Shown here: piece after piece, positions 1 to 12,745 of the stretch
Layout of the letters: each line of letters starts with the position of its first letter
How positions within the stretch are numbered: position 1 is the stretch's first letter
Assembly: GCA_000708835.1 (NCBI GenBank)
Contig: DF237453.1
Coordinates: 4,104-68,103, forward strand
Reading direction: 5' to 3'
Length of the DNA: 64,000 nucleotides
Source of the DNA: Klebsormidium nitens
Taxonomy: Eukaryota > Plantae > Klebsormidiophyceae
Notes under the pieces: generated by a model
The model's database searches: none
What the model saw: the letters and a program-made list of their open reading frames with translations, nothing else
Told to the model about the DNA's origin: nothing
Translations under genes and position numbers: made by a program

Positions 1-479
1 TTTTCGTCCGGCCTGAGTTCTAAAGGCCTGCAGTTTGTACCAGACGAATTCTTCACTTATAAAACTGCATACGGTTAGATCAATAGCAACGGGATGGGCA
101 GAACACGTTGCCGTGCTGAAACAGACGGTGGGCTTTCTAGGCCCATCATCTTATCTGGACTCGGAAACAGGGCTACGCTTGTAAACTATTGGTCACCCTA
201 AAGTCATCGCGAATGGGTTCACGGGTATTTTGGTACCAATTGGTGCCAGAACTTTGGCAAAATTCATGTTAATTGGCCAACGCTTTGGTTACAAATGCTG
301 CGAACGATAATAAGATCACCTATCCGGAACGGGAACAACTGAGGGTTATGGGTGGTTCAACGTGGAAACGAGTGGGTAGGAAGTTATAAATTGGTCCCAT
401 CGGTTTTCCCCGCTGCTCGAGCTGAAGCGTCCTCAAACTCACTAGACAAATAGCTGGGCGCCTTCCCCTCTATTTAGAT

Positions 480-1093
480 CCAGACCACGTCACATCCGTC
501 ATGCTTTCAACCCGTGCATTCGTCTCGTCTCTCAAATGCATCCGTCCTTTTGGAGTATGTACAGGATTACCTCGATGAGGAGCCTCCGAGGAGATCAAAA
601 ATTGCATGTCACCTGCCCTCTGCTTGGTAAAGTCATTTTCCAGGGGCCGCGCGAGGAGTACACGCAAAGCCCTAATGGGCTGATTTGCGGCTGCTCAGTA
701 CCTACCTTCGTCACTGCTCATACGAGGAAAGCATGTATTTTCAAATCAGTTCGTAGGACACAGTCAGCAATCTCCTTAAAGTGAGCAAGCTCGACAGGTC
801 TCTGATGCCTGAATAACGAGCAGAATCGTCGAAAGACTGTACTGAATTGAGAGCTCAAACCTAGTCAGAGCATGCAGCTTGTGACGATGATTATTGTGTG
901 GCTGGAATTGCGGCGATGACATTACTGGGTGTATCCTTCACCTCCACTGACGTCGTCGGGATGTACTGACGCCACAACCACGTGCTAGCACTAGCTTTTG
1001 CACTAAACTTCGCATTGGTCTTCCACAACCGGAAAATCTCTTCCGTTTCGCGCTCAGTGTCTTGCATGAGTACAGACTTGGTTGAATGTTGAT
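480..1093 (-). pseudogene. Possible decayed exons of an unknown gene
   Basis: Open exon-like block 1093-942 between cag and gtgaag (LMQDTERETEEIFRLWKTNAKF...WLWRQYIPTTSVE). The next candidate exon (EIADCVLRTDLKIHAFLV*) carries an in-frame stop. Confidence 0.25.
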
Positions 1094-1639
1094 CTGCTTA
1101 TCAATCTACTTGACGTACCTAGAACGGGTGCTGGATAGTAGTGGCCTTGAGGATCTTTCGGAGGGATAAACTTGCCCAAATGCGCCACAGTATTGCTTAC
1201 CTTACCCCAAGTCCGATGCCGCTCTTAATTGTCCACCGAAAAAGTGGGTAGCTTTCATGAGAGGTTCGTATACGCTCTGTCCTTTTCGCCCACCCTGCTT
1301 CCGAGCGCTCATGCTCCTTTATGCATTCGCTGTTTGACAATTGACCAAAAACTAAAGGCTGTAATCTTGATACCCCTTCACATCTGTTCTGCCATCCTGC
1401 GAGCTATAGTATCCCCACAAAATATGCGTACTGATGTAAGAGCCACATGGGCTAGAAAAAAGTCACGGGCTTTTCAATCCCCCCTGCTCCTCTGTTTGCT
1501 CCTGATCTTTTCCTTCCCACCTGTCAGATGGTGTTGGTTCCTTCGGGTCCGTTGTTTTAGTTTGTTGCCTCCTTGTGCTCCAAGACTCTCTGCTTAGACA
1601 TTTTTCAAGATGGTATTTCCGCGGCACTCTCAGATCCAC

Positions 1640-2175
1640 CGCGCTTATGGACCTGGAGCTTTTCGGGACGCTTTTGTCCGTCGCAGCAAGGAAGACGCTA
1701 ACTCTGGGCAGTGTCAGTATGTCCATAGACGAAGTGGTCATGTCCTGATGCCGCCATCGACTGTATTCCTCGATCCATGTATCCGGCGCCTTTTAGGACG
1801 CTTCTGTTTGTATCAGCGATTAAGACGCTTACTCTGGGCAGAATGATTGTTACCATTGTCGTCGTTGCGTCCTGATGCCGCCTTCAACTGCGTTTGGGGA
1901 TCCAAGCGCTTATGGACCTTGCGTTTGCTTTTAGAAAGCTTCTGTTTGTCGCAGCAATGAAGACGCATACTCTGGGCAGTGTGATTATGTCCAATTTCGT
2001 GGACGCGCCCTGATCCCGCCATCGACTGCGTTCTGGAAGGCACCGCGCTTAAGGATCTCGCGTTTTTCAGATTGAAGTTTCTGGTTGTCGCAGCGATGAA
2101 GATCCGCGCAAGTTACTCTGGGCACTTTCATCTTGTTTATAGACGTGGTTGAGATGTCCTGATGCCGCCGATGAA
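1640..2175. repeat. Degenerate tandem repeat, 4 copies of about 130-146 bp
   Basis: actctgggca at 1701, 1831, 1969, 2115; cctgat(g/c)ccgcc at 1744, 1871, 2009, 2158; shared gcgcttatggac and gtcgcagc(a/g)a blocks. Confidence 0.8.
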
Positions 2176-3675
2176 TACAATCTGGACATTCGTGTCATGC
2201 TTTGATGCTCGTTTCGTTGCGCATTTCTCTGTTCCGCAATTTTAACGGCCCGCCAAAAGCCCAATCCGAAAACGCTCATGGCTTCTGCTTTATTCTCCGA
2301 AGGTCGCCTTCAATAATGATATCTCAAGCCTTTGGCAATCTTGGACCATCGTTACTCAGGCAGATGAAAGCAGGACTTGGTGATGGAATTGAGTGCTTGC
2401 CCTTTGTTTCCAGCCAACAGTTGTGCTCTTTTTTTGCGATGGAAACGTTCCGCAGACGCTCCCCCTTTGAAAAGGTGTCCAGGGCTGCCCTTCGAGCCAT
2501 ACTCGAGGCTCGTGCGCTGCCCAAAACCAATGAGCTCATTCCAGCGCTCAAGCACAGGAAGGTTTGGCTGCTAACCAGAATTGATAATGAAACTTCATTG
2601 TGGTTCTTTGACCAACAACCGCGTTAAAGCCATTCATCCAACCTGGTTATTGCCCGAGTCTGGTCATTGGACAGTTAAACAGCTCAAAACCCCCCGTTGT
2701 GATTTACCCCCCAGAAAACCCTATAAAGTCTCCCTTTGGTCCTTGCCAACGCCAACACTATCTGCTGGGATCCTTTGAATTTCTCGGTCATTGCAGCGCG
2801 GCCATGACGAACTTGGACAGCTGTGAGCTCTTTCCAGAGTTCAATCTCTTTTTGAACCAATGGGTCATCTCCGACGGCCTCATGACCGGCCCGCTTTCAG
2901 CGTTTGCAGCTCTCGATTCGCTCTGAGCTGTCCGGGCTACCTCTTTTTTGGCCACTTCGGCTTTCCATGCCTGGACGTACCCGTTTTCGATATAGCAATC
3001 AAACCCTCATGCATCTGCGCTCGGCGACAGGGTACCACTAAGGGAGGTTATTGCCCGAGTGACCATTCGGAATTTTCCAAGGTGCCCCTTGCCCGTTTGT
3101 TTGCTTGTCGTGGGAATGCGTGCACGCTGCTGTGAGCGCCACAACGTTTTGCTCGTCAAAGAAGGAGCTTGTGAAGCTTGGACGCTCCAAATTTACGCGC
3201 AAGTCCTGCGAAACTTTTGTTTCTGAACCAGACTCTACTCCCGGCCATGATGACGAATACAGGCGCGTGGGCCCACTTCAGTGCTCAGTGTGTCCACCTT
3301 GGTCTCATCTGACGCCGCCATAATCAGCTGAACGGACTTTCTGAACCCGTGGATTATCAAGCGCTGATGGATCTAATGGCCTTGCCTCCGTCAGTCTAGA
3401 GGGGCATCAATGATGTGCACAAGATTCACCGACGTTGAAATTCTAAGAATAACATGAGTTGGTCTGGAATATGCAGGGACGCTCCGATACCATGCGAACA
3501 CCCTTAAAACTTCCGGGGTTGTGATGATTTCAGCGCAATTCGGATTTTTAACTTCGTTAGTCAAAGCTTGTGAGCACGCATGCGCAGTGTTGGCTTCAGG
3601 CGCTATCATTGCTTGGCCAGAAAAGCTTCGACTACTTGAGGTAAGGAAACCGAGTTTGCTCATCCGGATTGTTAC

Positions 3676-3739
3676 GGAGGTCCTTTTCTAGTGGTGCTGC
3701 CGTGAATTACACGGCAGCAACTCCAGAAAAGGACCTTCC
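3676..3739. other. Imperfect inverted repeat / hairpin
   Basis: aggtccttttct (3678-3689) pairs with agaaaaggacct (3725-3736); tgctgccgtg (3695-3704) pairs with cacggcagca (3710-3719); 5-nt loop aatta. Confidence 0.8.
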
Positions 3740-6700
3740 CTAGAGCTGCTAGTGCTTCATCAATCTTGTCGTGACCATAACGAGCTTAAAGTCAACGACA
3801 GCCCAAGGCTTTTGTACCCACAACTCGAAAGCAAACGGTGGCGATTTGAAGTACGCAATTTCCATCGCAGTCAGACTATATTTCCGAAGGTTCGGAGGCT
3901 CGTAACTCTTGCCGTGTACGCAGCAAAGTTGTAGAAGGAACCCATTCACGTGATAGCTCAGATCTAGTAGATTTACGCAAGGTCAGCTTCTTCGTTTGAC
4001 TAACCTTGCGTCCGTGACGTTCAATGGGTTTATCACTCGCAACCCACTGGAAGTATGCTAGCTTGAGTACTGACGCCCGCGGCTACATTTGCGCCCGCAC
4101 CTTTTGCATCTGTGATCGTATTAATCGTAGTGCATGTACCTGATTCTGCTTGTTTTCCGTCTGTAAACATTTACACGTGTTTCATTAAGTGCTTGTCGAC
4201 TCGCTCGACGTATACGGAACACGGATTCATGTCTTCCTGTCCGGTTCTGAGGACACTTGTTGAGCGTCACCGTGCTCAATTGCTCCAGGAGAATCTGCTC
4301 CACCTCAGTCTACAGCCGGTTCTAGGCGAGTCACCGAAGAAGTACCTGGTCATGAGAGGTTCTCTCCAAGCGGCCTTTCTCGCCCGCTGCTTACGAGCGC
4401 GTGCACTCACTTCACGATTACGTACGAGGGCCGGCCGCGCTCGCTTCATGTTTTCACCGTTTTGGTATTGAAGCAGAACTTCGACGCCTTTTACATCTCG
4501 ATGTCAGTGGCCATGAGGACAGACTGGGAGCCAAAGTTGCCCAATTAACACGGTTATCCGGGACTAAGCGCTACACTGCAGTGATCGAATCATCCCCACC
4601 TTCATCAACACCTTAATCTTTCCTCTAGAAGGACTCACATATTGCATCTTACAATGTGTAATTGGTTCTTGTGATTGCCACGCCATGCCAAGTGCTTTGA
4701 AGTCGGGCCTCTTTCCAGTACGTTCGTCAAGCGGCGTTCAGTGTTTCTTGCTTGTTGACCTGTGAGACTTCTCAGGGCGCTTCTCTGTGTAGCGGCGATG
4801 CAGACATCTGTTTTTGGGCACTTCCCGGGGGCACTTCGGTTTCGTCCAACTTCTCTCTTGCAGTTGAATTGACGCCGCTGTCGACTGCAAGGCCACTGGA
4901 TTCCACTCTAACATCCCATTCTATCATCCCGCAAGTTTTAGAGCTCGCTCGTTTATTTTTGACTTTCCCGCCTCGTTTGAGTTGAGCGAGCAAGCCAAGG
5001 AGCCGTGCTAGGCCGGCAAGGTAATTGAACGGACAACAGTAAGCAGGCTATATTCCAACTCGAGGACGCGTTTTGGGACAGCGCGAGAGTCACGGCTGCT
5101 TTCGTTGCTGGTTGCTAAGGGCCCCTGGGCTTCTGTAGTCGTCTCTTTAGAGAAGTATCTGGTTGTGCCGTCTATCTTGAGGCTTATGCGCTGCCCAATA
5201 CCCCCTGCTTTCAAACCGCCCGTTTAAGCTATCTCCCATGCCATGACATGCCAATCTTGTAATATCTTCTCTGGCATTGAATTCCTGGTTTGGCGGCCTG
5301 GATCCAGAAGGCCGCGCTTACTCCACATTTCTTGTTATTCTGTGCGAAGCACACACAGTCGGAGAAAGCGGTTGAATCTGCCCGCCCTGGTTACGAAAGA
5401 GAGAGCGTTTTGGCTGCTTTCTCTAGGAGTTGCTGCCGGCGTGCCCTCTAGCGTGGGCCGCTCCTCTCGAGGGATGTTTGTCATCGAATTCACGGGCCAC
5501 TTGCTCGAGATACATGATCTTTTAAAGGGACTCAGAATTTCACCTGTTCTGCCCCCATGTGCCAGTGCTCTACAAGCACAGCATATATAAGAGGAAGGTA
5601 TTTTTGTAGAACTTAAGTTGTTGGCAAGTACTCGGGTGCATCGTGCGGACCTTTTATACAGACCGCCTCCATTTGTCAGAGTTCTCACTAGTACCGGTTA
5701 TCAAAACTAGGCGTGCAGGCCTGCTTGGAGTCATATGCCTGGTTGCAATATCATACTTCGAAACAATTTGTAACAGTCGCTTACTACATCAAATGGAGCT
5801 GCGCAATCAAAAGTGCAAAAGACAGAGCAGTCCCAAAGGGTCACGGGCAAGGCTCTTGTGTCTGTCGAGCTGCAGTATTTTAAGAAAGACCCGGACACTG
5901 TCACGTAATATTTTGTTTCCGGTTAGATGATGAGAATAGTTCGGTCGCTGCTGGGCCCCCCATCTTTGCGCACCGCTTTTCTGTGGGCCCCCTTCTTTGA
6001 AAGGTTGTGCTGACGTGCGTCATGCATTGCCGCGGCACTGACCGTGAAGTTTGCGCACTCAAAGGCGCAATCAATCTACCTGTGTACATCTAACAAAACT
6101 TTGCAATAGAAGCAGACCCCCGAGTTTGCGGCCATGGATGAACGATTACAGGAGCGTGGGCCCTATTTAGTGCCCAGAGAGTCTTCGCTGGTCCAATCTG
6201 CATGACGCCGCCACTGCCTGCTTCATTTCTTAGCGGCGATTAATCAGCTTCGCTGACGTGACCACCTCCATACAACGTTTCGTTTTGACATTTCCGGTTG
6301 GGCGCCCCGGTTCGCGCCTTATCCTCCCTGTGTGCATGCGTCGGAGTTCTCATGCAACCTGGCCTAGGTCTGGCAGGACTCTTGAGCGCCTCTCGTTGAT
6401 GAAACATTGCGGCCGTGATGACTACCTATAACCAGTGGGTTGAAGGCTCAGTCTATGAGAACAGTCAGGCTTCCGAAGCCGCCATCCTTGTATTTACAGT
6501 CGTTAACTACTGAACTACTTATTTGATGCAGGCTACCTTTCATCTGCCACATACTTCGAGTGGTCTCGCATCTGCTCGTCCGAAATCGTTTCGAGGCTTT
6601 GTCTTTCAAATACATTCAGATTTAAGGAGGTCCCGTCCCTAAAAAGGTGAGTTTCTCTGCCCTTGGCGCGTCTCTGCTATTGCTTCAAAAGGCGTATTAT

Positions 6701-8718
6701 TTCTGACGACATATTGAAGGACTGCTGGCAAGGGCTGAGTCTCGTTGAGATTTCCTCTCTCCGTAGCGATGGGCATATATGGTGATGTGGCCGAAGTTGT
6801 GCCAGGCACGTGCATGCTCGTTGCTCGGTATGCCTGTCTTCCGTTCACACCCTCGGCAGCAATGGTTGGTTTGTGCAAAGAGAACCAGCAAAACATCTAC
6901 CAATCCTTCCGTGTATTCAGCCGTCGGATTTTTTTAAAAGGAAGTAAGGACCTCGGCTGGATTGATGTACTTTTGGAAATGTGATTCATGTGTGTCGTAA
7001 TGCACGGAGCAGGGCTAACAGCAAAGTGGATTGATCTCATTTCACATGAATGATCGATTGAGCCTTCTCCCTGTCCATGCAGGTTGTCCTAGCTTTTACA
7101 AATGGCCGATCTCGGCAGAGGGTGGCGTTACTATACTCCAATACTTATACTTGGGTCGAAGCAGCAACCATGGCAGCGTCTACGTTTCTCGTCGGAGATT
7201 CTAGGAGATAAAAGAGATCAAGACGACGTTCCTCGTCCGATATTCTACGAGATGATTAAAGAGACTGGATACGTCAGGGTCCGGAGCTTGGCACCCTTCG
7301 CAACCCAGATAACATCTCGTCTTCGATTTCGTTACGAGGATTGATCCTAGGCATATAACTAAGTTGTCACATGTATCACTGACATCATGTTTCTTGCTGT
7401 CGAATTGATAGCTCGTCATGAGCAGATGCATCAAACTAATAGCAGGCTCCTACCTTAGCGAGTCAGCGTTCAAATTGTATCGTGTTGCACCCCCGGTCAA
7501 TTTGTTGCGCCCTGAGGCCCCCCCGAGTCTGGCCGGCCATTGAAGCACTCGATGGAAGTATCTGTTATGCATCATGTTTGCATCCCTGTTCGTGTGCAAC
7601 TTACAAGTCGCCGCTGTCTGCAAATGTCCAAATTTTGGAAGGCATGGTCAGAAGGCTCGCGCACTCAGTCATGAGTGTCTATCGCGAACCTTGATTCGCG
7701 CTGCCCGCTTCAGTGCACGTCGTGTGCAGCATGGGCCAGTTGTTGCATGGTTGTGCAATGTAGCAAGCGCGATGCAGATCAGCCGCCTCGAGTAGTCCTT
7801 GGTGTGCGAACAAAGGACGTACCAGACTCAAAATCCGTACTAAGAGCGTGCATGATCGCATGATTAGAAGCGTTTTCCTTCAAGACTACGCCGAAGGGCC
7901 TGTGAGGGCTACAGTGCTCGCCGCCAGCTATGCTAGCTGGCAGGCCGGGCTGGCATTACCCATCAGCCGGGCCGCGCCCCCTCACGTCGGCGCCTGTAGA
8001 AACGCGGGCGGCCGCGGCGTTTACGTTAGCTACTGTATGACGTGGCGCCAAAAGATATCAAAGTTGCATTCACTTCTTGCCAATCGGGTCCGATTGTTTC
8101 CAGAGTTCAGGAATATACTAAGAGGCATTGCTCTAGTTTGGCTTTTGCTAGCTAGATGGCACCCGGTTCTTTTGCCAAGTTTTGGGAAGATTCACAGGAC
8201 GTGAAGACAAGAGATCATGGTCATATCAGCCAGCTCCGAAGTCAAGTGCTAGCTGACGACCTCAGCGCCGTCCTTGGTGGCTCATAGAAGGTGCATTCAC
8301 AGTGTGGTGGTGTATGTTTTGCGGCGCTATATAGAAGTGGAGAAGTGGAAACCCCAGGGTCTGCTTTCTCAAGTAAGGCTGTAGGTTGAGCTTGTTCTTT
8401 TCTTGTGATACCCTTGTGAGAATGGGTTTTGAATACTGATCCGTTGGCGCCCTGTTCTGATTGCTTGCTGACAGAAACTTCTTTTCTTTCTGGCTCGCAT
8501 TCGGATCTACCACCATCGGAGGTCTATCTGTATACATACATTTTCTTAAGGGGTACATGCAACTGCAGCGGGGTTCAAATCTAGAAAGCATCCTGACTCT
8601 TAGAAACCAATATGACATTGTTTTAAGCCCCGTGACATCAAATCACGGCAGCATTGTTCGTAGTGGGAAGTGTGACTAGACAATTGCACTCAACGGTGCA
8701 GATCAAGACCACGGCGCC

Positions 8719-11700
8719 ATGGATCTTCTTGCAACGGACGATCATATTGCAGCCCTCTCGCCTCTTGAGCTCGTAAATTGGGTGGTGGAACTGAGCTCTG
8801 GAGGTGGGTGACATTTGCTACCACTGTTTGAGCTATCGTTTGCTCCTTCAGCAGACTGCGCACTCTGAACTTGCTACTCTATGTAATCTGTGTCAGCCAC
8901 TGGCGGCGCATTGAAAGCTCGTTTGTCAAGCTGATTCCACGTTGATCACGTGCCTTCCGCAGTAACGTCGACAGCAGCCTGTAAAAATCTGTTGAGCTTT
9001 TGTGCAGATGTGGTCTGTGCAGTTGAACACTCTTGCAAATCTTATGCAACTTTCAGATTGGAGCATCACATGACAGTTGAAAAGGAAACCAACCTCAGTT
9101 GGACCAATCAATCAGCTTCATAATGATCCAACGTCTCATCTTCCACAAGCCAACAGCTGACTGTTACTTTGTTGACACCAGGCGATGGCCGGAAGCCTGT
9201 CAAGCACACCGCCCTTCTCAAGCTGGTGTCAAACGCGCTCGCGCTTTCCCCCGACCACGACCCCTACCGCCATTCCCTGGCCTGTTTCAAGTCTCTCGGC
9301 GGGGGCCAGTTCTCACCCGCGCAGCAGAACAGCATGGGCCACCTGCTCCTAGCTGCAATTGACCAGTGTAAACAGGCCCCAACCTTCTCCCACGTTGACC
9401 TAGCTCCCTCTAGAAACGAGGCTGCTGCTCTGGTGTCGTCCGTCTTCGAGGGGGTTTTCACACTAGAAAGCCGGCTGGTGGTCCGGGTGGCCGCCGCCTT
9501 CGGTGTGAAAAGCCCCGACCTCGGGGACTCAGGGAGAGCCGCAGCGGGCCAGTTTACGAAGAAACTAGTTGCGGATAAAAACTTTGCGGCGGGGATGGGG
9601 CTTGCGCAGCAGCTCGACTTGGGGCCGGAACTAGGGGCGGCGCTTTTGTTGCAGATGTTAGACATGGGGGCGGCGCAGGCTGCGGTCGATTGGGCGAAGC
9701 CATACGGAAAAGAAGTGGGGGCGCGGATAGTGAGGGAACTTGCGGCGAGAGGGGACCATAAGACGGCGTGGCAGATGATTGAGAAGCTGGGAATGCAGGC
9801 CGAGTTTCCAGGGGCGTATATTGCCTACAGGTGAGGATATGGTTTTGACTCTGGCAAGAACGAAAAGAGGGAAGCGACAGTCAGTTTCCAGTGAAGGAAA
9901 GTTCGCTGGTGTAAACAAACGTCGATATTTCTGGTCTTGTGAACTGTAGATGTGAGGGAAACGGGCTCATGCATCCGCGCTTCACTTTTATCTTGGTGAA
10001 GGCAGGGTAAATGATTACAACGATTTCACAGGTATCATTGTCAAACATCTCAAACCCATCCGTGCAAAAAATCTGGGTAACTTTTCTTCTTCAAGAGCTG
10101 TAGTGCAGGTCCAAGAGGGAGAAAAAGATGGCTTTCTGTTGGTCTGCTTGGAAATAGCGTAATCAGTTGAAAGACATTCAACTTCACAATCATCTGGCGC
10201 TTCAACAGAATAATCTGTGTGCATATCAGTCAGTCTGCACGTTGAGGACCGGCTATAAGTCGCTTCAAAGCTTGTGGAAGCTGCCATAGAAAAGTGGTCG
10301 CTTCTCTTTGTCCAGACGATGGTGTGGATCTCAGATGAAAACTTCGACGATCAGCATTCTATCCTCGAGAACGACTCACTTGGCAAACCCTCAAGGACCT
10401 GTTGGAAGGTTGCTTCTTTCCCTGTTTCGGAACCCATGTTTACCTTCCGCCCCTGTTGGCCCAAACGTCTCTCTCGCAAAGCAATCAGATCGCCTACTGG
10501 TCGGCCGATATGTCGAACCAACGCATTGTATCAGTCAGCTTATCATGTCCTTTGCTTCGTGAGCTTCTAAGCCGGTATGTCTCGCTTCCCCTCCAGGAAA
10601 ACGTCCATCACGAAGCTTGCCAAGAAAGGGGTCTGGGACGTGGCCCGCTCCCTCGCTGAAGAGGACCCGATTCTCAAAGAGCACCTCGTGGAGGCCGCCA
10701 TCATCGAAGAAGAGTTCGCCCACGCCGTCGAGTTTGCCGAGCGGTTCGGCCTTGACCACCTCTTAACCGAGGAGGTTGTCTCCGCGTCCGGGCTGCCAAC
10801 GCAGACCGACTGCCTAACCCTACCGATCCCTCCTAACCGCGTTTTCTTCGTCGATAACCCGGAGGGTTTAGCGCGGGCTGAAAATGAGATCTGTGCCTCG
10901 GACTTAGTGGGGATCGACTGCGAATGGAAGGCGGACTCAGTTCGGGGGGCGGTCCCAAACCGGGTTGCGTTGCTCCAGCTGGCGACACGTGGCGGCGCGT
11001 GGTTGGTCGACCTGATAACTCTCAGCCAATCCTCCCCCGAAGCTCTAGAGTCTTTCCTCTCCTCGTTCCTTCCCAACGAAAACATCCTGAAACTCGGGTT
11101 TGCGGTCAACGGTGACCTGGACCGAATCTCCAAAACTCACCCCGCAATCCGGGGGGCGCTCCGAAACTGCGGCCCGCTTCTAGACGTCGCCGGGTTAGCA
11201 AACCTGCGGGGAGTTAGAACCAGGTCCTTGAGCGGAATCTGCGGAGTCTGCATCGGAAAGCCGCTTTCTAAACGGGTGCGGATGAGCAACTGGGAGGAGC
11301 GGCCCCTAAGCGAGGCGCAGACGCAGTATGCTGCTCTCGACGCGCTGTGCCTGATTCCGCTCTTCGATCTGCTTACCAACCCGGACTTTCGGGTGCCAGA
11401 GAGAACCGCGTACAGCCAGGCAGCTGATGGGGGGATTGCAACGGTAGAGGAGCCGGGAACGGCGGAAGCTAGCTTTAGAGTCGAGAATGCAGATGAGTCG
11501 GCGGTTGAGGGAGCGACTGGTGATCTGGCTTTGGGCCGAAAAGGAGGGGATCCTGAAACTTTCGAGGGGCTGAGCGAAACCAACGGAGCAGCGCTTATAG
11601 AGCCTGGATCAGGGCTAGATAGAGAGTTGCAAAGTGAGTTAGAAAGCGGGTTGAGTAGAGATGTAGACAGTGAGAGGTCAGACAAAGGTATAGATGGAGG

Positions 11701-12745
11701 AGAAAACGGTCGACTACAGGAAAACGAGGCGGCCGGAGGGTCAGGCTCTGACGCAACAACCGAGCTGCTTGCGTCAGCAACCGGTACTCTGGAAATGGTT
11801 GGCCCCTCTCTTTCGTCAATGGCGGAATCTCTCTCAGCTTCCCTTGCCGCGCCGGTTAGAAACGAAGACGGGTCCTCGGTTAGTAACTCCGGACGGAAGC
11901 CTCAAAAGCCGTGGCAGAGTTTAGTGTACTTCTACGGGGCCAGGATCGACACGGGGAGGGGCAACAAGCGACGGGAGAAGCGAAAAGGAATGGCAACCGA
12001 GCGTTTGGAGAAAGCTGATCTACAAGGGCCGCAGTTCTCGGAGAACGGTGCTCTAAGCTCAGGCGGACCGCAGATTGCCGAACCAAAGGCAGAGTACTCA
12101 CTTTTGGCGGGTGAGAAACTAGAGGCGGGAGTCGCTGCGGCGGTCGAAAAGCCGCAGGCGTCAGAGAAGGGAAAGGGGACGTGTGAAAGGAGCAAGTGGA
12201 GCGGGCTGGGGCTTCCCGAGAGAGTCGCGGAGGCGCTTCAGAAAGGAGGGGTGGCGCCCCCGCAGGTTTTAGTGTGCTGGGAGGGAGGGGAAACGGTGGG
12301 GAGAGATAGTGAAAAAGCGGAGGTTGGTGGAGCTGGTAGGGCTGACGTGGATGCGACCGAAGACAACGGGAGTTTGGACGTGAAGGCGGAAGTTGAAGGG
12401 GAGCCATCGAGCTCGCATGTGGGTGTGAGTCCGGTCGATGGGGCCAGCGGGATCCGGCCGGAGCATACGGAGGTGGACGGAAACGGAAGTGGGAGCGGAA
12501 ACGGAAGCGGAAGAGAGGTTGAGGATGGAACGGTGAGGGGGGATGAGGACGAGGAGACTCGGGCGCTCGAAGCCTGGCGAGCCGCGAAATTGGCAGCGGC
12601 AGGGGAGCGAAAGGTAGGTCAAGAGGGAAGAGGCTCGGGAACTAGGAGTGGGGAGGAAAGTGGTGGTGTTAGCGAACGGGTGACTGGGAGCGAGGGGGAG
12701 GAGGCCAGTGGACACGTGGCGACGCGCGAGCGGCCAGCGTGGCAG
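8719..12745 (+). CDS. MUT-7/EXD3-like DEDDy 3'-5' exonuclease (core exons; may continue to about 16.4 kb)
   Basis: Phase-compatible GT-AG exons 8719-8803, 9182-9830, 10597-12745 (MDLLATDD...SSG|GDGRKP...AYR|KTSITKLAKKGVWDVA...). Intact ExoI VGIDCEWK (D at 10916), ExoII KLGFAVNGDL and ExoIII QTQYAALDALCL motifs, preceded by a helical N-terminal region as in the MUT-7/EXD3 family. A long acidic/Gly-rich tail follows. If the donor at 12746 is not used, the ORF stops at 12853. Confidence 0.85.

Noticed and set aside
1640-2175. CRISPR-like array
   Set aside because: Eukaryotic context, long degenerate units, no constant repeat with unique spacers, and no cas genes.
2202-6100. Several 100-140 aa ORFs as a gene cluster
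   Set aside because: No consistent splice chain or recognisable domain could be built; possibly decayed sequence.
11137-12715. Minus-strand ORFs of 148-182 aa
   Set aside because: Antisense shadows of the exonuclease exon.
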